This document shows, one piece after another, positions 49,131 to 61,917 of a stretch of 64,000 bases of DNA. The notes beneath the pieces were generated by a model. It was not told the origin of the DNA. It worked only from the letters and a program-made list of their open reading frames with translations, and ran no database searches. Location of the stretch: the NCBI GenBank assembly GCA_044892525.1, contig CM097885.1, forward strand, positions 11,782,001 to 11,846,000, given 5' to 3'. The DNA comes from Schmidtea polychroa. Taxonomy: Eukaryota. How positions within the stretch are numbered: the stretch's first letter is position 1; every line of letters starts with the position of its first letter. The position numbers and the translations under genes are program-made.

Positions 49131-50617
49131 AAGAACACTTCAAATACCTGATGTAACCATGAAACAGCGAGTTCCACTTCTTTTGTCGGGTACTGTATGT
49201 AGTGATTAACGGAATTAAAATTTAATTATTGAATTTAATTATTGGTGGAATCAAGTACCTAAGATATTTGTTTAAATAACAAATGTTTTGAATAATAATA
49301 AAAGTCTTACACGTTTTATTTGTTTTATTAATCATTACTTATCCGAATTAATCAGCATGTGCAGCAGAGCTTTTAGACATTCTTGGCAACAAAATATCGA
49401 AGGATCAATATTAGATGGATAGAAATACAAAAGTTCAATTGTAAGTGTATTTTTCATTATAGAAATTGTGTGCATCGTGCTTGTGTATATGAATCTATTT
49501 TTCTTACCTCAATAAACTTTTCTTTTCTATAATGTATGAAGATATTTTATGTCATAGGTCTTATTTAATGTCAATTTTGACAATTATAGACATTTATTAT
49601 AGGTGTTTTTTGATTTGTTATTAAAGGTCCTTTCAATAACGTTTTGATCTACAACTCACCAATGTGAGCATTCCTCGATGATAAAGCCCACCATAATATG
49701 CAACATGCAAGATAGAAATTTGTAATTTGAAGCCAGTATTATATTGGGCAGTTCCGATTTTATCAAATATTTAATCAAGCCTTTCTTTATTAACTAAGGA
49801 CATTTAACTGTTGCAAACGGTTGACATGGCTTTAACAGATAATCGCATTTTGTTAGAGTGGTGTAAAAGAAATTTGAATGTGTAAATCGATAAAATATTA
49901 AATATCAATTAAAAATTTGATAAGTAAAAATTGACATATTTCGATGAAGATAGATCTGTACGAATGACAATTAATGAGACGAATACAAATGTAATAATAT
50001 AAAATCAATGAACAGTTCCAAAAAAATATATTCAAAAAATACAAATTAATTAAAAATAAATAATTTAATAGCTTTGTGGGAAACCCGAACGCTAAATGAG
50101 AAAATAATGAGATTAGCTGTTTCTCCAAACTCAAAAGAGACTAATTTTTCTCAATATTAAATTAGCTGAATAGGATCTTTGGGCAGGAAGGAGAAAGGTC
50201 GCTGCACCAAAGGTAAATGCCACCCACATCCTGAAACAAACCTGAATTTTGTTTTGGACTACAAAGAAATCTACTCAACGAATTTCAAAGTTTTCCAACT
50301 CATTCGATTCGGAACAACCTCTTCTTGAAAGTGATTCCAATGATTTACTAGAGAGAAAAAACAATTCAATAAAAAACACAAACATTTAATTTTTATTCTT
50401 ACCAATCCCTCGACATCAAATATTTTCAACTCATTTCGTTTGCAATAACGCCTCTTACAAAGTGATCCCGATGATTTCTAGAAAAAAATTTCAATCAAAT
50501 TTATATATATTTTCTTTAAATTTCTGAATGTTGTTTGAAAAAAATACTTGTAACCAAATAACGTAATATAAGAATATTTTTTTCAAATTTCACCACTGAT
50601 TTCTTTTCCATTGACAT

Positions 50618-50757
50618 TGTATTTATTGAAAAGCTTGACTATGAATCAGTAAATATATCGATATTTTTGATATTCAAAAATTTCAATAAGAATATCAAAG
50701 AATATCAAAAACATCGATATATTTACTGATTCATAGTCAAGTTTTTAATAAATACAA
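50618..50757. repeat. Palindromic dispersed repeat (MITE-like), copy 2
   Basis: About 58-bp imperfect inverted arms cttgactatgaatcagtaaatatatcgat.../...atcgatatatttactgattcatagtcaag. Confidence 0.7.
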
Positions 50758-51447
50758 GATAAATAATGTAACTAAATAATTTGCAATGGAAAAACTAGTT
50801 ACGGCACTAGTTACTACAATCGATCAAAATTTAATTTTTTCCATGTAAAATTAATTTTTGATCAATAATCATAATGAAAATAAATGAAATGTTAAAATGA
50901 AATTTATGTAAAATAATTATAAAATTTCTCAACAATCCAATATTAACAATGTCTTTTAAGATTAAATTTTCGCTTAAAAATATAATTTTATAATTTTTAC
51001 ATGCCGCTCATTTGAATTTTTTAATCTTAAATTTTAGACATTGCAATGAAATATTTTAATTAATCATAATTAATTTGAATTAAAATAAATTTTCCATGAT
51101 TTATATATTGAAATTATCGTAATTGAAAAACTCCATTATAAAATTAAGTTAACAAAAATTAATTCCTCCTCAAAAAATATTTTGTTTTAATTTAAAATCT
51201 GACTAAAAAATTTTTATCATGATTAATATTTCTGTCTGCACTTATCAAATTATTACTTATAAATTAATTTCAAATTTTTCATATGGAACATTAGACACTG
51301 TAATATTATTAATTTTATTTCTCAGAAAAATTAGATGATTTTACTTCAGAAATAAAGTTTGAGAAAATAATTAAATTTTTTAAAATAATATTTAACTGCG
51401 ACAAAAAAAAATTATTAATAAATATAATATTATAAGCACTTTTTCAA

Positions 51448-51572
51448 TTTTAACCACTGCTTTTTTTCAATTGACATTGTATTTATTAAAAAACTTGACG
51501 ATGAATCAATAAAGATATCGATGTTTTTTTTATATCTTTACTGATTCATAGTCAAGATTTTTAAATAAATAC
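51448..51572. repeat. Palindromic dispersed repeat (MITE-like), copy 3
   Basis: Same arms as the copies at 6710 and 50618. Confidence 0.6.
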
Positions 51573-53311
51573 TATTTATAAATATAAAACTTAATTTATA
51601 AGAATTTCTATCGATTTTTAACTCTGATTTCTTTAAAATTGTCAAAACTTAATTTCTAAAACTTAATTTAATTTAATGAATATTTAAAAAAATTTTTAAT
51701 TGAAAAAAATAAACTAAAAATTGAGTCTTATTAAACAGAATTTAGTGAAAATAAATCAAGAAATTATCAGTAATTAGTAAAAATAAAGATAAGTTATATT
51801 TTTAATGTTTTATTTGATTTAACTACTTATTTGATTTTAAAAAACTTTAAATTGATAGACTTCTTGATTGCCAAGGTGACACATTACTTAACCAGTAACA
51901 TAGTACCATGACTAACATATTTAACCTACTTTTAAGAGGTTTATTTCTGATGGTGACACATTTGCCTAATCCTAACCAAAAGGAAACTTTTACTATAGTA
52001 AACCCTTGAATGCGTTGAAGACCCATTTAGAAATTATTGGAGGTTATCAAAATACTTCATATAAAAGAAATAATTTCAAGTTGGAGAAATAGGGAAAACC
52101 GGAGCACAGTGAAAAGTTGAATTCATTTTAGTTTTGATAAGATTGGCCAAATATAAAAAATTCATGAATTTAAAATAGTATTGCATAATAATTTAGCTGG
52201 AGCATTCAATCCCGCGATTTTGGGAATAAAATATAATAATAAAATAGTAAATTATCTTATTTTTATAATATTTAGTGAAGTCTGTCCTAATTAATTTTTG
52301 TTTTAAATGAGTAATAAACAAATAAAAAGTTAAAATAAATTTAAATGCAAATCAAATTTTTCAAAAATGAAAGAGTTTGAAAATATGATAAATTATGAAC
52401 AAATGTTGCAACATTAATGAAATCCAAAAGCAATTTTTCAATAGTCTGAAACTTTTGCAATAAACTGAGATCTGGTATAAATGATGAAACTTTAGATATA
52501 TTATGGTTTTTATGTTCTTTTCTAAAAATCAATAAAAATACATTTATTTAATGAAATCCAATATCTTTAAATCAATAAAAATACATTTATTTAATGAAAT
52601 CCAATATCTTTAAATCAGGATTCCGGGAGAAAAAAACTGCCCGGGATTGTATGTTCTATGTGTCCAGCTATTTATTTCAAAGCTACCCTTTTAAGAATAA
52701 AAACATTGAAATGACAAACATAAATAAATCAAGAAAAGACATTAAGATATTAGAAGACTTAAATAACATTTCTTCAAATGATCTATGTAAGCCACAGAAC
52801 TTTTAGTCTTAAATGAATCCATTTAAAATCAATATTTCGAAAAAAAAACCTTTTATTGTTTAATAACAACAATATTTAAACAAATCAAAACATAATTTGA
52901 GTAGTTTCAATAAAAACAATTAACGCATAAGTAAGGATTTAAACATACAGGCAACATACAATAATAATTTAATTTATATTTTAAAACATCTCACAATCTA
53001 CAAATAAAACAAACAATGGAAGAAAAAAAATTTGTATAATATTATTAACGAAACTTCCAATTCAACATATGCAATTTGTAACGTATTCATTGCAAATAGT
53101 AATACGAAATGTATTAAAAAATCTTATTATGTAATAAAAAACAAACTAATTATTTAATATTTTACATTAAATATTTTAATAAAAATATTCTAAGTGTTGC
53201 CAGACTATTGGAAAACATATTATAATGAAATGTATCAATTGATGTATTTTTTTGTCTGCCTCATAAATTGCATTTACAGAACAATATTGCATTTGAATAA
53301 TGATGATTATG

Positions 53312-53572
<261 letters not shown>

Positions 53573-55815
53573 TAAATTAACGAAAAAATTCAAAATTTGA
53601 TTAAATTTTTGCATCTATAAAAATAATTATATAGAAAAAACTGTCGCAACAAATGATTTAAAAACGAAAAAAACTTCAATTCCAATGACAGTCAGATTTT
53701 TATTCTGAAAATTTGTGAAGTTGAGAAAAAAATTTCCATAGTAAATATTTGTTTGAATTCTCAATAAAAACTCATTCTATATAATAATGAAAATTAAAAA
53801 TCCGAGTTCTGTAAATTAAAAAAAAATTTCTTTTACAATTTTTGTCTTATTTAAAACAACACAAATACTTTTTTATCGATTTTTTAATGACAGGAAAAAG
53901 TTAAACTTTTAAATATTAAAGATAAATTCATTCTGAAAAAAATGTTAAATTATTTTTATTCCATTCTATTTAAACAGATTTTTGAGCATTGTTTCAACGG
54001 AGAAACTAAATTAAACAGCTGCAATTGAATTTTATTTACAATTTAAATAAATATTTTAATTTTATTACCAAAATAAAATATTAAGATTTTTCTGCAAATT
54101 TTTTTCGGTTTCAATTTATTGATTAAAATGTGAAAAATTCAATTTTGAATTACTTGAACCTGATAAAATTTAATTAATTTTTTTTGTAGAAGTTATCAAA
54201 GTCAAGTGAAATAATCAATAAATTTTATTGATTGATGTGATCGTGCTGGAATTGATCGATTGGCAAAGTGATCTTGTTGATCTGTAAAAATTGCCTTAAG
54301 ATATAATAAAATCTATTCATATCACATATTCAAACTCACATAAATTAACAAATACAAATATTAAATAACATTGTTATTTTGTAGAAAAATTAAAATTCAA
54401 AGTAGAAATAATAATTGGATTTTCAATAAATAAATAAAATTTTTGTTGACTTTTTATTTTTTTTATTTTTAATTCAGTTCTTAATTCTATATTTTGTCTA
54501 AAATATTTATAATTTATTTTTATTATTAATTTTCAATTTAGTGTTGGTCATTATAATATTTGATAAGATTTAATTTTTAATTATTGACCATGGAAATATT
54601 AATTTATAAATGATTGAAAAAAAACATACTATGAAAATATTTAATTTCAGTCATTTTTAGGAGTCTGCGTTCAAACCCCCGGTATGCATTACATAATCAT
54701 AATAATCACATACATCATTGCATAATCATCGGTTTTTACACCAAAGGTCAATTAAAGATGGCTAAATGGACATTGATTTAAAGATTAATAATATAAATAA
54801 AACATCTATAATAAATGCCTGTGTGTCATAGGCAAAAAGTGATATTTAATTAAATCTACACCTAATTCCGAAATTTAATAACTTCTATAATCTAAAAAAA
54901 ATCAATAAATATATATTATAGGAACACACAAACTTACCTGTGTGTAGAAATTTATTGTTCCGAAATTTAGTAACTTTATTATAGGTTTTGTGAAGGTGAG
55001 AGAAAAATAACTGAACACACCAACACAAAACACATAATGAAAAATGTATGCAAAATTCTTATATAGGTTTTTGTTCCGAAATAAATAACTGTTAACATAT
55101 TGTTAAAATATAATTATTTTAAAATTATTAAAAAATGCAAGAAAATACTTTTAATTTAGATTCCGACAGCTCTACTTTGAGCTTTAGAGAAAAAGAAGAA
55201 AATACAATGTAAGTTTTATTCATTAAATTACAAAATATTAAAATATTTTATAATATATGTGAAGGCAGCATTTCAAATATTGAAGGTCTTTACAGAAAGA
55301 AAAAAGCCATCGAAAATGAGCTGCAGAAAGAATATTATAAAAATTAAAAAAACTATTTCATTCATGTACGCCAATTTTTTCCTAAATGTCTTAAAAAAAT
55401 AAATGTGTTTGGTGATTACTTTATTTATAAATATAAAAATATCTAACTTACATTTTAACGAAATAATTCCATATTAGTGCATAAAATATCATAAATTTCC
55501 TAAAAAACACCTGAAATTTAATTATTAATATATTTATAAATGATAAATTATAAATGCTGAATAACAGTAATATTTAAGAACTTGAATAATGATCTCATAA
55601 TTATATAAAATCAAAATTCAAGTCTTAAAAGTTACTTGAAATTAAAAAAATTACCTGAAAACCATTTTTAATAAATTGAATAAATTAATAAATAAATTGA
55701 ATAAAAATTGAATAAATAAATTTTTAATAAATTGAAATTTAATAACTTCATTTTCACGTAAATGGTGACTCACCTCAACTGGTGTGCACACCAACGTGAA
55801 TTATAGAGGTTATTA

Positions 55816-55912
55816 AATTTCGGAATTGGGTGTATGACATGAAATAATGGCTTACACTATAGAGTCTATAGTGTAAGCCATTATTTCATGTCATACACCC
55901 AATTCCGAAATT
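55816..55912. repeat. Perfect palindrome with 48-bp arms and a 1-nt spacer
   Basis: 55816-55863 is the exact reverse complement of 55865-55912. Confidence 0.9.
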
Positions 55913-58900
55913 AATAGTATAGACAGTTAGAAAAATTCAATGTTGGAAGAAAAATGAATAACTGCACACAAGCACGGTTCAAAAATTCTATATAAAAAAT
56001 TACACACAATAATACATTAATCAAACTCCTGGATATTTAATAAACTCCAAATTTTTAATTTTAAAACGATGCTAAAACATTTTGCAATTATTTTTGTTTT
56101 CCTATATGACCTTAATATGTGTCCTTGTTTCAAGTAAGGTGTTTATTTTTTCTATTTATAAATTAATTATGTCTTATATTTATGGTTAAACGTATCATTA
56201 TTTATGCGCTTTGGTTGTGTTTGAAATAGTTGTGTTTGAAATTTATTTTTCTTCTTTTCTATAGTATATGCACATAATTTATGCCGGCCAGCTTTAATTT
56301 TTGTCTTTATTTCAAGTAGGTGTTTTTTTTTAAAACCTGAATTTGACTTTATTTATAACTGTCAATTTATTAATGCAAGTTTAAGTAATACTATAAAAAC
56401 ATATATAATACTATATAATACTATAATACAAATTATTTCTACAATAAAAATGTTATCATCGAAAATGCGATACTTTAAAACAGTAAAAATTAAATCCATT
56501 TATTTAATTTCTATAGTAAAATGCATTTCTTTGAAAAATAGAAATTTCCTAAAAAATAAAATCTTCACATTGACTTTTATGACATTGAGCATCAAATTTC
56601 AATTCATTTAAACAAACTAATCAAAAAATTTGAGTTTCTTGTTTAACCTGTAAATTTTACCTAAATATTAATTTTACAAATAATTTTTTAGATTCTAAAA
56701 TTAAATGGGAATTTTTTTATTGAAATTATCAGAAAAAAAACTTTAAAGTGGCAGACATTAACAAAAAATGTTACTTCAATTCTTGTCATAAATAAAAGAA
56801 ATATTTAAATCTATTAAAATAATAAATAAATATATTTTTTTCTCTCTATAAAATAACAAAAGACTTTTGAAAATAATTAGGAATGATATTTATTGTTTGA
56901 TTTAACAGAAATGACATTAAACATAATTTGTTTGTCTTAATCGGATACGCTGTCTATGAAAGACGGATAAGGATGAAATTTAACTGAGATTTCTGTGACT
57001 GATGAAATGTATTTGCATGAGATTGTTTGAAATGTTTTTTTTACCACATTTACTAATAATTAATGACATTTTTAATAAACATTTCTCACTCACTAGATGA
57101 TCTTAATAGAAAAGAAATACACAATGAGTTTATGAGCCAAAATCTTTGAATTAATTACCGAAATCATTTAATTATTGTGAAAAAAATGAAAATTAATAAA
57201 ATAATAAAATTGATAAATTTAAAATTTTAAAATTTTTTATTAGTTTTTATTAATAAAAATTTAATTAAATATTTAAAAAAAAATTTTCATCTTAATTAAA
57301 CATTATTACAAATTTTATTTAGTGTTACATATAAAACTTTTTTTACATATAATAACTTTTGAGGATTTTATACTTTATAAGTTAACTATTTTCTTGCTAT
57401 ATTCCATATATGACATTGCAAAGTTTACTTTAAGCATAAGTCTAATTTATTCTCATGTTAAATTGAAGTTAGTCTCAATAAGTGACCTGAGAACTTCAAG
57501 ATCTATGTCAAAATACCTTCCAACTAGTTACTTAAGATGGTAACTCAACTAACTTCTCTTGAAAGGTTTCATTGGTAACTGCATTCACTAAAGAAAAAAT
57601 AATTTTTGACATTACAAACCCCTCCAAAAAGTTCATTTAGACAAATTGGAGCAAAGTAGTTCACAAGTAAAGAAATCAATCACTTAACGTAAGGATTTCT
57701 TGTGAATTTGTGATGAAACAATGATCAAAATTTTAACAGTCAATAATTTTTTACTACATATCATTTGAACTACCCTAAGCCATGATTTATAACTCATAAA
57801 CAAGCATGTATAATTTGGGAAGGAAATATAAAAGTCGCCCATTTCTCAATTGAACATGCTCAAAATTGACAGCATGAAGCTTTCGTGCTGGAAACGAGCA
57901 CATACGTTAAGTGGTTCAAATTAATGAGTTCAAACAAAATCAGTGAAACAAAACATGAAGTACTTTTTTCTTAAAAGTAAAAACACATTCATATTTAATT
58001 ATCATTCGAAAAGTCCTCCATGAAGACTCTACTGCTAGCTGCTTTTATTTCTTTTACATATTTTTTAGCTAATGTATTTATCTTTCTTTCATTCAGACCT
58101 GCTTATTTCAAGATTTTATCATTTATATCCTGCAAAAATATTGATATTTCAAGCAGTTCTATTTCCTATACAAAAACAGCATTTAAGTTTAACTAACTAC
58201 CCTTAATTAGAGCATGTCGTGACGTGAATAAATCAATGAGTTAAAAGTTTATTTATACAATTTGTATGAGATGTAATTGAATTAGAAATTGTATGTTGAA
58301 TTGTATTTGACTTTGGATTGATTTCGATGATCGATCCGTATTGTGTAATTGTTTCGAAATTTGGAATTATCTTCTTTCTTCTCGTAATTTTTCGTATCGA
58401 CATGTTTTCTAGCTTATTCTTTATATTTAAACAAATATTTGCTTTTTTATTATAATAAATTTTACATAATTTAATAATTAATATAAAATTAACTCTTTCG
58501 AAAATTATGTAAAACAAACTCATTGGAGTGAAATGCAAAAGTTACTAGTATAAAAATTCAATTAAAAAATTAAAAAAAGTTTTTCATATAATATTATTGT
58601 TGAAAATTTCAATTCAATTTCGCTAGGACAGTCACCGCTTCTGACTCGTCATTTCCTTATTGAAATAAATAAAATCCAACAAATCTAAAGATTTATTTCC
58701 ATCAAATACTGGCACAATATATTTATAATTTCAGTTGATGACAGGAAATAAATTTGATTCAATTGAATTAAATTCTCACAAAACTTATTAATTATTAATT
58801 AAATTTGAAACCTTAACCTTTCTTACAAATCTTACTGACACATTTAAAAAGCTCCTATTAAAATTTCGACTGAAATAGCAATTTCTGATCTAAATAAATT

Positions 58901-58940
58901 AGTTTATACTCAGGGCACTCAATAAATTTTGCCATTCAAT

Positions 58941-59373
58941 CAGGGCTGTAACAAGGGTGGTGTGAGCAGTGCAGTCGCACAGGACACACATCTGAAAGGG
59001 ACGCAAAATTGGGATGTAACTTTTTTTAATGTTACCAAAAAATAACAAAATATAAATAAAAGAAATGGGCTACACGAAAAAACGACACACTAACTAGCCT
59101 ATCTTTAACATTGCTGATTGGACTGGTCCATTAGCGTGCCTTCGTAGGTGTGTATTTTGAAAAAGGTTAGTCCACAAAATGGGCTCCTGTCATTTTTTCA
59201 ATTAGCAAATTTTAAGAGCATTACTACCTATTATAATAGCTGGAGATGTATAAATAGTTCACAATTTCAACATATATATTATAATTATTATAGTAGGCTG
59301 TTTTGAATTCGGGTTTTAGGGGCGCCAAATATATGAACCGCACAGGGCGCAATAATGCCTTGTTTCGGCCCTG
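58941..59373. mobile_element. hAT-type MITE
   Basis: TIRs CAGGGC[T/C]G[T/A]AACAAGG and exact 8-bp TSD CATTCAAT. Confidence 0.85.
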
Positions 59374-59589
59374 CATTCAATTTGACTTATACTATTAATT
59401 TAACACGCCGTTGGCGGCGCAGTTCTCACTCTATCGGTATCTTTGATGCCGCCTTTTGGTATGGGACATTAGTAGATGGATTGGGCACCGCTGGCACAGG
59501 GCACCGCTAGCACAGTACCCCCCCCCGTCGTCATATTTTTCAAAAATATGCTAAGTCTAAAAGTACAAATTTTTTTAAACAAAGACATA

Positions 59590-60195
59590 TGACTCATCAA
59601 GGTCATTGAAACAAAGACCATGACTCATAGTATGACTCATCAAAATTCTCAAGGTCATTTAAACAAAGACCATGACTCATCCTATGACTCGTCAAGGTCA
59701 TTTTCAAGGTCGTATGACTCATAATATGACTCATCAAGGTCAAAAAATTTTTTTCAAGGTCATTTAAACGAAGACCATGGCTCATCAAGGTCATTTTCAA
59801 GGTCAAATGAGTCATACTATGACTCATATGACCTTGAAAATTTTTTTCAAGGTCACCTGACTCATCCTGTGACTCATCAAGGTCATTTTCAAGGTCATAT
59901 GCGTCATAGTATGAGGCATATGCCCTTGAAAAAATTTTCTCAAGGTCAAATGACTCATACTATGACTCATATGACCTTGAAAAAAATTTCTCAAGGTCAT
60001 ATGACTCATACTATGACTCATCGACATTTTTTCAAGGTCATATGACTCATACCATGACTCATCAAAAATTTTCAAGGTCATTTTCAAGGTCATCTGAGTC
60101 ATCCTATGACTCATCAAGGTCATTTTCAAGGTCGCATGACTCATCCAAGGTCATTCCAAGGTCATATGAGTCATCGCGATGACTCATCAAGGTCA
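59590..60195. promoter_or_regulatory. Dense array of TGA[C/G]TCA (AP-1-like) and YCAAGGTCA (NR5A/ERR-like) motifs
   Basis: About 20 of each motif by hand count in about 600 bp; function is inferred. Confidence 0.6.
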
Positions 60196-60354
60196 TATTA
60201 TTATTTTTAAAAATATTATTATTTTTATTATTATTTTTAAAAATATTATTATTTTATTTTTAATTTTTTCAAAGTTCCCGCCAACGAAAATTAATAATCG
60301 ATAGCTCATTTTAAAGCTCAATCCAAGACCTTTCGAATGAGCTATATATCTTGT

Positions 60355-60357
60355 TAC

Positions 60358-60432
<75 letters not shown>
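60355..60432. repeat. (TAT)n microsatellite
   Basis: Pure run. Confidence 0.95.
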
Positions 60433-60436
<4 letters not shown>

Positions 60437-60598
60437 CTATATACTCCGAGTCTATATACTCCTAGTCTATCCGACAAAATATTTTGTCCCCCTATGGGTA
60501 ATGCTCACAAGGGTACTGGTCACGCTCAACAAATCAACAAATCAACAAAACATACATTTATTTAAACAATAAAATAATGTAAAATTAACAAAGGTAAA

Positions 60599-61232
60599 CT
60601 AAATATATATAGTATGATATTCATTAATCAGTGTTGAACAGGCTTGACACTTGCGAACATTCTTCTCATGACACTTAGAACAAACAATTACGTGACCACA
60701 CGGTAAATACAAAACCGAAACTCGATTTTCTTTACAAATTGAACAAGTTAAATATCTTTTCTTAACATCTTTCAATTTTTTCGTTAACTTATTTTCAATC
60801 AAATCGGCTTTCGCTATCCATTCATAAATCAATCTACTATATCCAGGTTTCAACCTTAAAAACATACAACTCCAAAAGTATTCATTCAGTGAATCGTTGT
60901 TTACTGCTATTTTTTCTAAGTACATTAAATAACAAGATAACTTTAAAATGGATTTCTCATAATTAAATAAATCAAACAAATATTCAATAGAGGAATGTTT
61001 GAAAATTTTTAAAATATTTATGAGTTGCTTATCACTGTAAGTATCATGATTATTTATAAAATCTTCAAGTGTATTGTTAAAAAATGTCAATGAAATTTCA
61101 GAATAGGCTGGACTTAATTTTTCCTTATTTCTAGTAGGACTTCCTTGCTATAAATGACATATAAAAAAATTGCCAAAATAATAAAGTTACCAAATGTGTT
61201 ACACATTCATCGGTTTTATTTGTATAAATCAT
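60599..61232 (-). CDS. IAP-type C3HC4 RING finger protein without BIR domain, probably 2 exons (about 196 aa)
   Basis: C-terminal CSICKE..VSVLYLPCGHVIVCSKC....RKCQAC...I. Exons 61232-61191 and 61147-60599 join in frame across a 43-nt GT-AG intron. Confidence 0.75.
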
Positions 61233-61369
61233 TATTAATAACTAAATTACTTTTGTTTTTTACATTTATAAAAATTGTGATAACCAATCAAAATAGAGCT
61301 TTCAAAATGTAACCATCAAATGTATAACAATAATAAGCATGACTAGTACCCTTTGCAACCTGTTTAAAG

Positions 61370-61525
<156 letters not shown>

Positions 61526-61532
61526 TTCATTG

Positions 61533-61690
61533 ATATAGCTGCATGCTCACTGCAGACTATATATAAAAATATAGCTGCATGCCCACTGCAGACTATATAT
61601 AAAAAATATAGCTGCATGCCCACTGCAGACTATATATAAAAAACATATAGCTGCATGCTCACTGCAGACTATATATATAAAAAACATATA
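61533..61690. repeat. Four tandem ~37-bp imperfect palindromes
   Basis: ATATAGCTGCA-TGC[T/C]CAC-TGCAGACTATAT repeated 4 times with A-rich spacers. Confidence 0.9.
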
Positions 61691-61917
61691 AAAGTCACCA
61701 TTAAATACTTATAAAATAAACTTAAAAATTATAATAAAACAAACTTAAAAATTCGAAAAATATCTGATTACAAAATTTTATTGAATATATACAAATTTTA
61801 AATCAATATATAAATACAAGTTTTTATACAATTTTTTTATAAATCAAAATAAAAAGTTTTTTTTTTTCAATATATACAAGTTTTTGATCAAAAGTTTCTG
61901 TACAATTCTGAGTTGCC

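Noticed and set aside
52198..52658. Possible hAT MITE (GCATTCAATCCCG / CGGGATTGTATG)
   Set aside because: Ends are ambiguous and no TSD was found.
59603..60572. MSH/MTL-repeat and poly-I/L ORFs
   Set aside because: Translations of the motif array and the TAT tract.
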